Origin: a virus
DNA: 64,000 bases
Virus record (IMG/VR): IMGVR_UViG_3300005466_000024
Span: 116,706-180,705 of that record
Strand: one strand, 5' to 3'
Shown in pieces: positions 1 to 9,016 of this stretch. Both the position numbers and the translations under genes were made by a program. Each line of letters opens with the position of its first letter. Position 1 is the stretch's first letter. The notes under the pieces are model-generated. The model saw only the letters and a program-made list of their open reading frames with translations. It ran no database searches and was not told the origin of the DNA.

Positions 1-16
1 GGGTCGATCTTCACGG

Positions 17-220
17 TCAGTCCGCTTTTTCGAGAAGTCGCCTGCGCTGCACCCATGCCCAGTACCCGAGCCGCGTGTCGTCGTCGGTGACCTCTCGCTT
101 CCAGTCGGAGACGGGATGCTCGGGATGCTCCCCCCAGTAGTCGTTGTGGTACTGGCGACAGCTGCCGCAGTAACCGAACTTGACGTCGTTGGAACAGGTG
201 ATCGACTCCTCAGCGGTCAT
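17..220 (-). CDS. hypothetical protein
   Basis: 67-aa ORF overlapping the upstream stop. Confidence 0.55.
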   Translation of the reverse strand: MTAEESITCSNDVKFGYCGSCRQYHNDYWGEHPEHPVSDWKREVTDDDTRLGYWAWVQRRRLLEKAD

Positions 221-750
221 GATCGCCCCTCCACCCGGAACAGTGTCGTTGTCATGTCGGCCTCGGTGTAGGCCTGCCCATCGACGATGCCGCCCTTGGG
301 GTAGGTGTCGGTGTACAATCGCCGACCGCGCGCCGACACGACGTCACCGTGTTCCTCGTCCCACACGTCGTCGAAGGTTTCCCAGTCGCCGATCTCGGTG
401 ATGGTGTGCCGTTTGCCCTGGATGTCGATGATCACGTCGCCGACTGCCAGCTCCTCGAACGTCTTGCGGGTGATCGTGTCGTGATGTGACGTGCAGCCGA
501 TGCTGGGGCACTCGCTCTGCGGCATGGCGTGGTGCCCGGCGAGGGCTTGCACGTCGCCGAGCGCCCGCGCGCGCGAACCCCTGGCTCGGAAGCGAGGGAT
601 CTCCCGGCCGCGGTAGGTCGCGACCGCCTCGTACAACCGGCGCGATTTTCCCGTCAGCCCGACGGACGAGGTTCCCAGGTCGTGCAGGGTGACCTCGTAG
701 TCGCCGCTGCGGTAGACGTCCTGGCCCTTGACCTTGACGAACTTCAGCAT
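217..750 (-). CDS. hypothetical protein
   Basis: ORF in coupled operon; start moved to MLKFVKV. Confidence 0.65.
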   Translation of the reverse strand: MLKFVKVKGQDVYRSGDYEVTLHDLGTSSVGLTGKSRRLYEAVATYRGREIPRFRARGSRARALGDVQALAGHHAMPQSECPSIGCTSHHDTITRKTFEELAVGDVIIDIQGKRHTITEIGDWETFDDVWDEEHGDVVSARGRRLYTDTYPKGGIVDGQAYTEADMTTTLFRVEGRS

Positions 751-751
751 G

Positions 752-1000
752 TCACTGCCCACTTCCCTGATCGTTGGTCACCACCGAGACGAGCTGGTAT
801 GCGATACGCGTGGGTTGCCAGTCGATGACCTTGACGTACCCCAGTGCGGCGAGGACATCATCACCCTCGGTGGTGCTGGGACGTCGCGACCGCACCGGGT
901 ACAGGTTGACGAACTCGCCGTCCATGTCATCAAGGAACACGTAGCCGTCGCTAAGTGTGGCTAGTAGTTGCTGCTCGGTGATTCGTGCGTTGGTGGCCAT
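752..1000 (-). CDS. hypothetical protein
   Basis: RBS-like GGAAGGA; downstream of tandem TATAG motif. Confidence 0.65.
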   Translation of the reverse strand: MATNARITEQQLLATLSDGYVFLDDMDGEFVNLYPVRSRRPSTTEGDDVLAALGYVKVIDWQPTRIAYQLVSVVTNDQGSGQ

Positions 1001-1029
1001 GGCTTGTGTCCTTCCCTACCGGAGATAAC

Positions 1030-1046
1030 ACTATAGTCCCGCTATA
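1030..1046 (-). promoter_or_regulatory. tandem TATAG motif (TATAGCGGGACTATAGT)
   Basis: Matches repeated 17-bp motif; upstream of 752..1000. Confidence 0.7.
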
Positions 1047-1405
1047 TGCTCTGTCTTCTCGAGTTCCTGTACGTTGACACCCGCCCAGACGATGAGGCGT
1101 TGACCGAGGTCGATGACATCGGCGTCGGTGAGTGCGAACTGGTCACTGCCCTGAATGGACACGAACGCCGCACCGTCAGCGACGGTGACGACCAGGTCGG
1201 GCGCGATAATGGTGTCCCACGAGGAGTCGCTGCCGGTGGCGCGCAGCAGCCGCGTCCCGACCTCGCGAGCAGTAGCATGATCGAACTCCACGGCGCGCAC
1301 GAGAAGACTGTCGTGATAGCTCAGTCGACATTCGATGAGGTAGCCGGTATTGATGATCAGGTACCGTCCACCATCGGTGTATTCGCGGAACGTGGCCATA
1401 CTCAT
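1031..1405 (-). CDS. hypothetical protein
   Basis: 124-aa ORF with 4-nt overlap coupling. Confidence 0.65.
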   Translation of the reverse strand: MSMATFREYTDGGRYLIINTGYLIECRLSYHDSLLVRAVEFDHATAREVGTRLLRATGSDSSWDTIIAPDLVVTVADGAAFVSIQGSDQFALTDADVIDLGQRLIVWAGVNVQELEKTEHIAGL

Positions 1406-1596
1406 GACTGAGACCGCCCCTCGATATCGATGAGCCGTTCCGCAATATAGCTATCGGCTTCACTACGTAAATCGACGGCCTTGATGACCTCGCCGTCCTC
1501 GTAGATGAGGTATTGCATCGGGTGCGTGATTTTTGGCTGCCCCCAACGATCACGCTGCATCCAGGTCACGCGCTCACGTTTGACGTAGACGGCCAT
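1402..1596 (-). CDS. hypothetical protein
   Basis: AGGAG before ATG (MAVYVKRE). Confidence 0.6.
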   Translation of the reverse strand: MAVYVKRERVTWMQRDRWGQPKITHPMQYLIYEDGEVIKAVDLRSEADSYIAERLIDIEGRSQS

Positions 1597-1638
1597 TTTC
1601 AGCTCCTGTGTGGGTTCTTCTCTCTCACTCCACACAAC

Positions 1639-1655
1639 ACTATAGCACCGCTATA
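1639..1655 (-). promoter_or_regulatory. tandem TATAG motif (TATAGCGGTGCTATAGT)
   Basis: Repeated motif with TG-N-TATAGT extended -10. Confidence 0.75.
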
Positions 1656-1663
1656 TCTTCCCG

Positions 1664-3661
1664 TCAGTCGTTCTCGGCGAACAATCCCGACAGCGCGCGC
1701 ATCAGTTGGGCGGGTACGCAACCGTTCCCGATGATGCGCAGTGCATCGTTGCGGCTGATCGTCCCTGTCGGCCGCTTGCGCGCCGGCAGTAGGTTGACGA
1801 GATCGGTGACCCAGCCGTCGGGCCACCCCATCATCCATTCGGCGAACCGCGCCGATAGCCGCGGGTTGCCCTTGGTGTTGGGTTCGGTGGGTGGTGGTGC
1901 GGGCCGGGTCAGCGCCTCCCAGCGCCGGATCGCTGGTTCGTACTTGCCCCACGCGCTCACCGGTTCGATGCCCAGGTCGATCAGCTGCACGTTGTGGTGC
2001 CAGTTCTCGCCACTGGTCTTGCGGTTGCGATTGGGCCCGCCACCATTGCCGTCGGAGGCCGCCGGGGTGGGCAGCAGCACGTCGTCGGACTGCGTCGGCA
2101 GCAGCAGGTCGGGGCGACTGGCACCGGGCACCTCGTCCCAGGACTCGAACTCGCGGGGCAGCTCGCCGCGCGCGATCTCCAGCGCCTGCTCGAGACCTGG
2201 TGCCGACCACTGTCGGTAGTCCACCATGGCCTTGCGCGACGCCCGGTTGGTGGCCGCCTTCGGGGTGGGCAGCAGATTGTCCTGCTCGCCCAGAAGGGTG
2301 GCAACATCAGCCAGACCACTGGCCCCACCCTCGCCACGAGATCGCGTGGTGTTGTCCCATGACACCTTCTTGGGGTTGGCACCCTTGAAGTCGTTGGCAT
2401 TGGGCGTAGGCAACAGGTCTGGTTCGGCGATTTCGAGCGCCGCGAGTTGCAGGTCGCCCAGCTGCTCGCGCCGACGGCCGTTGCCGGCGGGTCGGCGGTC
2501 GCGCCAGGCTTCGGCGGTGGTCCCGGTGTAGTTGGTCTGCGGGGTGGGCAGCAGCACCGGATCCTGCGCGGCCAGATCGCGCAGCACCGCGTCGGGCAGC
2601 GTGTCGTCGCATTCGGGACGATCTCGCCCTGTGTTCGCGGCCCCCTTGTGGTCGCGGGCCTGCGGGGTGGGCAGTAGTCGCAGTGCATCGGTCAGCGACG
2701 TGCCGGGGTGCATGACGCCGGTGTCGGTGCTGTGCCGGGCGCTGTCGCGGGCGTCGCTGGTGACTGGCGTCGGCAGCAGCTCTACTACATCGGATTCTCT
2801 GCCTCGTTCGCCATCGCCAGCATCTGTACTTCCTTGCCCAGGTTCCGGGCATGCCCATTCCCCGTCGTAGGTTGTGTCGTCGGGGTCGGCAGCAGCTCCC
2901 CGCCCGTTTCCAGTAGATCGTTCTCCACCAGCACCGCCAGGTCCGTCACCCGTTTGCGGCCCGGTTTCTTGGCCAGGTGATTCTCCGGGGTGTTGTTGTC
3001 CGGCTGCGCGCACACCGTGGGCAAGAGTAGATCCTTCTCCGGCGGCGTCTCGGACGGCGTCGCGGACGACGTGCCAGCCGAGGGTTTGCGGCCACGCGAG
3101 GGCGAAGACCCTTTCGCGTTTGTGCGGCGCACCGGCTGCGGACGCGGGTACAGTAGCCCAGCGCGCATCGTACCCGAGGTTGGCCAGGTCGCCGAATACG
3201 GCTCCGGCTGCTCGCAGGACGGCGTCGGGGGCTTCCACCACAGCTGGGTCTCCCGATCCCAGATCGCGGTGGGCTTTCGCGGAGAGGAGTCCCCGCACGT
3301 TTTCGATGCAGACAAGGAGCGGCTCCAGTTCTTTGATCGCAATGGCCATGGCTACCCATAGGCCCGAACGGGTGGCCTCGCCTTTTTCGTTGGGGCCGAT
3401 GCCCAGCCTGCGCCCGGCGGCCGATACATCCTGGCACGGGAATCCTCCGCAGAGAATGTCCACGGGTTCCACTTCGGCCCAATTCACCTGGGTGATATCG
3501 CCGAGGTTGGGGATGTCGGGCCAGTGTTTGGCCAGTACGACCGAGGCGGCCGGATCGCTCTCGCACTGCCACATGAGCTGGCCACCGAAGAATGCTTCGA
3601 CCCCCTGGTCGAGCCCGCCCCCACCGGAGAACACGGACCCGATGCGCAGCGCGTCACCCAT
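1664..3661 (-). CDS. C5 DNA cytosine methyltransferase with repeat-expanded variable region
   Basis: Motifs FSGGGG, GGFPCQD, ENV, RERVF, GNGCVP; six LLPTP repeats. Confidence 0.9.
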   Translation of the reverse strand: MGDALRIGSVFSGGGGLDQGVEAFFGGQLMWQCESDPAASVVLAKHWPDIPNLGDITQVNWAEVEPVDILCGGFPCQDVSAAGRRLGIGPNEKGEATRSGLWVAMAIAIKELEPLLVCIENVRGLLSAKAHRDLGSGDPAVVEAPDAVLRAAGAVFGDLANLGYDARWATVPASAAGAPHKRERVFALAWPQTLGWHVVRDAVRDAAGEGSTLAHGVRAAGQQHPGESPGQETGPQTGDGPGGAGGERSTGNGRGAAADPDDTTYDGEWACPEPGQGSTDAGDGERGRESDVVELLPTPVTSDARDSARHSTDTGVMHPGTSLTDALRLLPTPQARDHKGAANTGRDRPECDDTLPDAVLRDLAAQDPVLLPTPQTNYTGTTAEAWRDRRPAGNGRRREQLGDLQLAALEIAEPDLLPTPNANDFKGANPKKVSWDNTTRSRGEGGASGLADVATLLGEQDNLLPTPKAATNRASRKAMVDYRQWSAPGLEQALEIARGELPREFESWDEVPGASRPDLLLPTQSDDVLLPTPAASDGNGGGPNRNRKTSGENWHHNVQLIDLGIEPVSAWGKYEPAIRRWEALTRPAPPPTEPNTKGNPRLSARFAEWMMGWPDGWVTDLVNLLPARKRPTGTISRNDALRIIGNGCVPAQLMRALSGLFAEND

Positions 3662-3761
3662 CGTTTGTGCGCCTCACACCTTTTCCGGCTGGGGAGGCCC
3701 GGGGGCGGATCTCAGGGGGTGGTGGACCCGGCCCCCGGGCAGCTTCTCGTCCCCCTCCTTT

Positions 3762-4040
3762 TCACTCGCCGAGCAACGCGATCACGTCGTCGAGCGTCGT
3801 GGTGGTTTCGCTGGTGCCCGGCCGCGGGTGCGGCCGGGCACCCAGGTATTCGGCCTTGGCCCAGATCGTGACGATCGGCTTGACGGCCCTGGCCACACTC
3901 ATCGGCCACTCGGCCAGGAACTGGCGGCAGATGGCGGTGTGCGCCGCTTCGGCGTCCTCGCGCATCCGGAGGATTTCGTTGCTGGTCATCGCGTGTACGC
4001 GGTGGCACCGACCGGACTGGTCGATGAGGTAACTGGGCAT
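3762..4040 (-). CDS. hypothetical protein
   Basis: AGGAGG before ATG at 4040. Confidence 0.6.
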   Translation of the reverse strand: MPSYLIDQSGRCHRVHAMTSNEILRMREDAEAAHTAICRQFLAEWPMSVARAVKPIVTIWAKAEYLGARPHPRPGTSETTTTLDDVIALLGE

Positions 4041-4172
4041 CTCACGGCCTCCTGTCCCCTTACTGCTTCCCCGCGCCGCCGTGGGTCCACTGGACGCCAG
4101 GAAATCCTTTGCACCATTTCTGCCCCTAATGTCACACTGCCTTATGGCCACCGATAACTGCCCGGATCCGAC

Positions 4173-4325
4173 GTGAACACTCATGACCCGCAAGACCGGG
4201 AACACCTGCGCACCTTGTCCACCAAGAAGCTGCGTCGGCTGCGGGTCAACGTCGAGCGCAGCCTATCCGAGCTGCAAGCCTATGCGGGGGCGGTCGATGC
4301 GGTCCTGAAGGAGCGCGATGGCTGA
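4173..4325 (+). CDS. small hypothetical protein
   Basis: 50-aa GTG ORF overlapping next start; below the ORF-track cutoff. Confidence 0.45.
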   Translation: MNTHDPQDREHLRTLSTKKLRRLRVNVERSLSELQAYAGAVDAVLKERDG

Positions 4326-4944
4326 CCTGCACAATCCGTACTGGGACGAGGTTGGGCACGCGGCCAGGCCCGGTGAATTCCCCTGGGAGCACCACCAGTT
4401 GGAGATCGCCCGCTTCCGGTCCGATTCCGGTGAGGAGTACCTGGACCGGCAGAAGTTCGTCGGCCGGTACTCCTGGACGGTCACCGACCCCGACAGTGTG
4501 CAGTTCGTGGCTGATCACGTGGTGGGCGGCGTCGTGGATCCGATGGCGGGTACCGGCTACTGGGCCTACCTGCTGGGGCAGCTGGGTATCACGGTGGTGT
4601 GCTACGACCTGCACGCCGACTGCGACAATCCGTGGCACGGGGATCACTCGCATTGGGTGCCGGTGCAGCCCATGGACGGCGCGGAGTCGGTAGTTCTACA
4701 CCCGGACAAGACCCTGCTGCTGGCGTGGCCCCCGTACAGCGACCCGGCCGGGGCTCGCATCCTCGATGCCTACCGCGGGAACCGTGTCATCTACCTCGGG
4801 GAGTTCGATGGCTGTTGCGGCGACGACGCCATGCACGAGGCGCTGGCAAGCGGGTGGGAGGAGGTCGCGTCGATCAGGCCGGTGCTGTGGTGGGGGCTGC
4901 ACGACCGGATCACGGTGTTCGTGCGAAAGCCCACCGGGGAATGA
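4318..4944 (+). CDS. class I SAM-dependent methyltransferase-like protein
   Basis: VVDPMAGTGYWA and LLLAWPPY motifs. Confidence 0.7.
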   Translation: MADLHNPYWDEVGHAARPGEFPWEHHQLEIARFRSDSGEEYLDRQKFVGRYSWTVTDPDSVQFVADHVVGGVVDPMAGTGYWAYLLGQLGITVVCYDLHADCDNPWHGDHSHWVPVQPMDGAESVVLHPDKTLLLAWPPYSDPAGARILDAYRGNRVIYLGEFDGCCGDDAMHEALASGWEEVASIRPVLWWGLHDRITVFVRKPTGE

Positions 4945-5005
4945 TTTACTCAACCCTGGGCGTCATGCTTGTCCTGTAGCACCATTATTGGGTACGTTCC
5001 CTCGC

Positions 5006-6094
5006 ATGCGGACTCTACTTGCTGTTGCCACACTGTCGGGCGCGATGACCGCCGTGGCGTCCACGTCGGTGGCACTGGCGGCCACCGTCCTCACCGTGAG
5101 CGGCAGCACGTTGCTCGTAAGCACGCCCATGGAGCACGAACTGCAGGGCGCCCTGTGTCGGGCGCCCAACACCTGCGAGAAGGTCGACTACCCGGCGGGC
5201 GGGATCGGTCAGGGCCCCCTGGACCAGGGTGAAGTGGCACTGCAGGACAAGATCGCCGCCACTTCCGGGGATAAGATCGTGATGGCGTACTCCCAGGGCG
5301 GGATCATCGCGACCCAGTGGCTCGAGCAGCACGCCGGCCAACCCGACGCACCACCGGCGAGCGATCTCACGTTCGTGCTGTTCGGCAACCCGCAGCGCGC
5401 CGAAGGAGGGTTGGGCCCCGCGAGCGGTGGGGGACGATCGAACACCCCGACCCCCACCGATACGCCGTACTCGATCGTCGATGTCAGCCGGCAGTACGAT
5501 CTCCTGTCCGACTGGCCCACGGACCCCACCAACGGGCTGGCGGTCGCGAACGCGCTTGCGGGCTACCTCTTCGTCCACACCGACTACACCGGTGTGGACG
5601 TCAATTCGCCGGACAACCTCGTGAAGAAGGTCGGCAACACGACCTACGTACTGGCCCCCACCGCGAACCTGCCGCTTCTGGAGCCACTGCGGCGGGTCGG
5701 TCTGGGCGGTGCGGCCGATGCGCTCAATGCACCGCTGAAGAAGGTGGTGGACGCCGGCTACGACCGCTCGGGGTACGCGCCACTGACTTCGCCCGTACTG
5801 CCGACCGGCAGTGCGGAGACGAGCGTCGCGGCAGTGTCACCAAGGACACCCACTGCCGCATCCGGCATTCACACCGGGTTGACCAAACTCGGTGAAGCCG
5901 CGATTGGAGCGCGCCCGCGCCGTCACCTCAATGCCCAGGTGACGGGGGGCGCTGCACGTCGTGACGTTGCCACGCCACCATCGAACGGCAAGCGCGCCCA
6001 CGCAGCGGATGGCGCCCCGGTGAAGGCGGCGGTGCGATCCATCGCGCACGCCCTGTCGAAGCGACAGGGCGGGTCGTTACAGCGGAAGGGCTGA
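5006..6094 (+). CDS. secreted PE-PPE domain (cutinase-like serine hydrolase) protein
   Basis: Signal peptide; AYSQGG, FGNP, QYD..SDWP, VHTDY; likely leaderless start. Confidence 0.85.
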   Translation: MRTLLAVATLSGAMTAVASTSVALAATVLTVSGSTLLVSTPMEHELQGALCRAPNTCEKVDYPAGGIGQGPLDQGEVALQDKIAATSGDKIVMAYSQGGIIATQWLEQHAGQPDAPPASDLTFVLFGNPQRAEGGLGPASGGGRSNTPTPTDTPYSIVDVSRQYDLLSDWPTDPTNGLAVANALAGYLFVHTDYTGVDVNSPDNLVKKVGNTTYVLAPTANLPLLEPLRRVGLGGAADALNAPLKKVVDAGYDRSGYAPLTSPVLPTGSAETSVAAVSPRTPTAASGIHTGLTKLGEAAIGARPRRHLNAQVTGGAARRDVATPPSNGKRAHAADGAPVKAAVRSIAHALSKRQGGSLQRKG

Positions 6095-6244
6095 CAATTC
6101 GCTCAGCGTCACGTCGACCACTTGGGTGTGTTGGGCGTCGTCGCTGAACGGATACTCCGTGAGCAGCGCAGCGGCCTCCTTCTCCGAGGAGGCCTCCACC
6201 CGTGTCACCCCTGCCGTGCACCAGTGGACGTCGTATTCAGCCAT
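6077..6244 (-). CDS. small hypothetical protein
   Basis: 55-aa ORF from MAEYDV. Confidence 0.5.
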   Translation of the reverse strand: MAEYDVHWCTAGVTRVEASSEKEAAALLTEYPFSDDAQHTQVVDVTLSELSALPL

Positions 6245-6255
6245 GATCCCTACCC

Positions 6256-6648
6256 TCAGCCGATTATTTTCTTCCGCGGCTCCTCGGTCCTGGTGCCGTC
6301 CTCTCGGATGACACCCTTGACCCCGTCCGCCAGGCCCTCTCGGACCTCCCACTGGATTCGATCATGGTCTTGCTCGGTTTGGTGCACGACACGCCCGGTC
6401 ACCGTCACCTCGGGGATGAACAACCCGGTGGGGCGCCCGTTCTGGTAGACCTGGTCGATCCCGACATCGACGGTGAACCCGGCCTCACCGAACAAGTCGG
6501 CCGCCGCGCGCAGGAAGCAGTCCAGGTTCGTGTCGGTCAGGGGGGTGTTGGCGAACCGTCTGGAGAGCTGTTCGTAGGCATGCCTGAGCCGGGGCAGTTC
6601 GCTGGGATAGGGTTCTGTGTCCGGCACCGGACTGGGGACGTGCGCCAC
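6256..6648 (-). CDS. hypothetical protein
   Basis: 130-aa ORF, purine-rich RBS before GTG. Confidence 0.7.
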   Translation of the reverse strand: MAHVPSPVPDTEPYPSELPRLRHAYEQLSRRFANTPLTDTNLDCFLRAAADLFGEAGFTVDVGIDQVYQNGRPTGLFIPEVTVTGRVVHQTEQDHDRIQWEVREGLADGVKGVIREDGTRTEEPRKKIIG

Positions 6649-6738
6649 ACCCTTTTTCCTGTGAACGCCCGAGCGACCTTGTATCAGCTAGGCTTACAGG
6701 TATTCCCCCGACGAGGAATCCGGTTTCTTGCCTCCGGC

Positions 6739-7278
6739 TCAAGGGCAAGTGGTGGATCCCGCTTCCCGGTTCAGCATCGGTGGCGCCCCTGAGAGGGTCC
6801 CCGCTACGGCGGGGACCTTTCTCGGCTCCAGGTACGTCATCCGTCCATCGGCGTACCGGTAGGTTTCGGCGACATCCCGCGCCAACTCGAGGCAACCGGG
6901 TGTGCCGGGGCCGTCGAGCGGGAAACCCATGCACACGTCGATACCGGAGTCGACCATCTCCTTGTTGCGGACGTAGCCGGCGCAGGCGTAGAAGGTGGTG
7001 CCGTCGCGGCGGCGGCGCTGATGGTGGCAGTACTCACCGCAGGGGGTGTTCCAGTCGGCGGGGTGCGGCTCGTGATCGATGCGTTGATCCCACCGACGGC
7101 GCTGCTGCACCCATTCCATGGCGATGGTGTCCCCGCCGCGAGCTTTGCCGTGCACCACGATGAACCGCTCGCCGGAGCCAGGATGCTGATCAAGCCACCA
7201 CTGGTAGAGATCCTCGAGATAGTTCTCGATGATCCTGGGTTCGCTCCACTTACGTGAAGCCGTGACCAGAACCCTCAC
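6739..7278 (-). CDS. SLOG superfamily (DUF2493/YspA-like) protein
   Basis: RVLVTASRKW, IVVHGKARGGD, RNKEMV, GT motifs; GTGA overlap with upstream gene. Confidence 0.8.
   Translation of the reverse strand: MRVLVTASRKWSEPRIIENYLEDLYQWWLDQHPGSGERFIVVHGKARGGDTIAMEWVQQRRRWDQRIDHEPHPADWNTPCGEYCHHQRRRRDGTTFYACAGYVRNKEMVDSGIDVCMGFPLDGPGTPGCLELARDVAETYRYADGRMTYLEPRKVPAVAGTLSGAPPMLNREAGSTTCP
6791..6823. terminator. strong hairpin, terminator-like
   Basis: GGTCCCCGC-TACG-GCGGGGACC perfect 9-bp stem extended by wobble pairs; lies inside the SLOG ORF 3' end. Confidence 0.45.
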
Positions 7279-7556
7279 GGGACCGGCCGAAGTCGGACGA
7301 CCATGTGCTCGATCAGGCGGCATGCCGCAGAACTCGACGAGTGCGCGTGGACGTGCTGCGGCCAGCGGTCCGGGTGGTTCTCGAGCCAGTACAGCACGGT
7401 ATCGGTGCGGTCGCCGTGCTTGAGGACGTAGTCCAGCGACATTTCGGTCACGGTGTGGGTGGCCAGCACGTCGATGGCCGCGGCACTGGTCTCGACCCCA
7501 CACCAACCCTCCGGTGCGGGCCGCTCGTCGTCAACCCAGAGCTTCATGCCGGTCAT
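7275..7556 (-). CDS. cyclic-phosphate processing receiver domain protein
   Basis: KLWVDDERPAPEGW and SLDY motifs. Confidence 0.75.
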   Translation of the reverse strand: MTGMKLWVDDERPAPEGWCGVETSAAAIDVLATHTVTEMSLDYVLKHGDRTDTVLYWLENHPDRWPQHVHAHSSSSAACRLIEHMVVRLRPVP

Positions 7557-8938
7557 CAGAACCCGTAGTCACTGCCACCCGAGGATGAGCTGCCACCGTA
7601 GTCGCCGCCGCTGAACCCGCTGCTGGAGCCACCGAAGTCCCAGCTCGATGAGGAGCTGCTCGAAGAGCTGCTGTCGTCACGACGCAACCCCGAGTAGTCG
7701 TAGGTGACTGACTTGCTGCTGCTTTCCCGCTCACCGGAGAACCCGACATTGGACTGGTCACTGGTGGTGCGCCACTCGTTGTGGTCGCGCAGATCGTCAT
7801 CGAAGCGCTGTCGTGAGCCGTCGTAGGTGTAGTCGCGCAACGGGGTGTCGGTCACGGTGACCGATGTCGGATCCCAGCCCCAGTTGTAGAACGGCGTCGG
7901 GTAGTAGCCGGGGAAGAAGTACACGTTGTTGTACTGGCCACCGGCCCAGTAGTACGGATAGCCCGATTCGCGATTGCGCCGGTAGTCGGCATTGTCGATG
8001 AGTACGCGTTCACCCGAAACCGGGTGCTGCGCCTGCACGGTGGCCTGCTTGCGCCGCCGGCGCGGGGTTTTGGCCACCGCCGACCAATCGGGGGTGTGTG
8101 TGGGGTTGATCTTGTAATCGGCGTCTCCCGCCGCAGTCGCCACCACCCCCAGGTGCGCGCGGGCGGCGACGTAGTCCTTGCGGGTCATCGCGTCCTTGGC
8201 GTCGGCCAGCGCGGCGTGCGCCTTGAGGCTCTCGTCGGCCACCTCGTCGCCGTTGAGCACCATCTGGCCCAGGTCGTTCACCTTGGATTCGGCGGCGATC
8301 AGATCCGAGCGCAGTTGCTCCTCACGTTCGCGCTCGCGGGTCTGGTGGCGTATCCACCGGCTCAACGCCCACGCCAGCGCAGCCAGCAACCCAATACCGG
8401 CCACCACGATCAGTGTCACCCACAGCCAGGTCCAGTCGGTCGGCTCGCTCGATGATGCTGCAGCCTGCGGCCCACCGCGCAGCCCGTCGATCTTGGCCAC
8501 GAACGCTTCCACCGCGCCCTGCGGGTCGCCCTTGTGTTCCTTGGCCGAGCTGCCCATGAATCCGTCCACCGAGTCGGCGGTGCGCTGGTTCACGTTGAAG
8601 GCCCGCACGTGGTAGCCCTTGGAGTCGATGATCAGCAGGATGCCCGAGAAATGCCCGACGCGCGCGGTCAGCGCTGCGTACAGGGCATCGGGTGTGGTGA
8701 TACCGGTCTGGGGCGGCGCCACCACCGCCACGTAGATCGGTAGGTTCTTGTCGACGATCGTCCGGTTGATCCGGCCGGGATCGCTCAGTGTCGGGTGGGC
8801 GGCCGGGTCGGCCACCACGTGCGACTGGGCGCCGAACCTGCCGGCGAGGTCATCGGTGTAGGTGTCGGCCCACACCGGTGCGGCCAACAGGCCGAGTGTC
8901 ACCAGTGGGGCGAGCAGCCAGAGCAGCCGTCGCGTCAT
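7556..8938 (-). CDS. secreted/membrane protein (TPM-like N-terminus, TM helix, Ser/Gly-rich tail)
   Basis: Signal peptide, one TM helix, coiled coil, low-complexity C-terminus. Confidence 0.7.
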   Translation of the reverse strand: MTRRLLWLLAPLVTLGLLAAPVWADTYTDDLAGRFGAQSHVVADPAAHPTLSDPGRINRTIVDKNLPIYVAVVAPPQTGITTPDALYAALTARVGHFSGILLIIDSKGYHVRAFNVNQRTADSVDGFMGSSAKEHKGDPQGAVEAFVAKIDGLRGGPQAAASSSEPTDWTWLWVTLIVVAGIGLLAALAWALSRWIRHQTREREREEQLRSDLIAAESKVNDLGQMVLNGDEVADESLKAHAALADAKDAMTRKDYVAARAHLGVVATAAGDADYKINPTHTPDWSAVAKTPRRRRKQATVQAQHPVSGERVLIDNADYRRNRESGYPYYWAGGQYNNVYFFPGYYPTPFYNWGWDPTSVTVTDTPLRDYTYDGSRQRFDDDLRDHNEWRTTSDQSNVGFSGERESSSKSVTYDYSGLRRDDSSSSSSSSSSWDFGGSSSGFSGGDYGGSSSSGGSDYGF

Positions 8939-8987
8939 TTCGGGATCCCCTTCGGGTCGTGTCGGGCCCTCCACCCGAACTCACATC

Positions 8988-9004
8988 ACTATAACGCCGC
9001 TATG
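8988..9004 (-). promoter_or_regulatory. tandem TATAG motif (CATAGCGGCGTTATAGT)
   Basis: Repeated motif upstream of 7556..8938. Confidence 0.65.
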
Positions 9005-9016
9005 GCATCCTTGCCG

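Noticed and set aside
1664-3661. Intein within the first methyltransferase
   Set aside because: The insertion has no C/S..HN-C/S/T splice motifs or LAGLIDADG blocks; it is a repeat array.
3690-3735. GC-rich hairpins here and at 37291..37314 and 47701..47746 as novel ncRNAs
   Set aside because: Isolated intergenic stems that fit ordinary terminators or stabilisers, with no additional support.
4766-5005. N-terminal extension of the PE-PPE ORF
   Set aside because: It overlaps the methyltransferase-like gene, and the signal peptide and a -10-like TACGTT support a start at 5006.
6650-6800. tmRNA, c-di-AMP or glycine riboswitch
   Set aside because: Only short fragments match (GCTGAAC, CCACCA, CTCTCAGG), and the required flanking consensus elements are missing.
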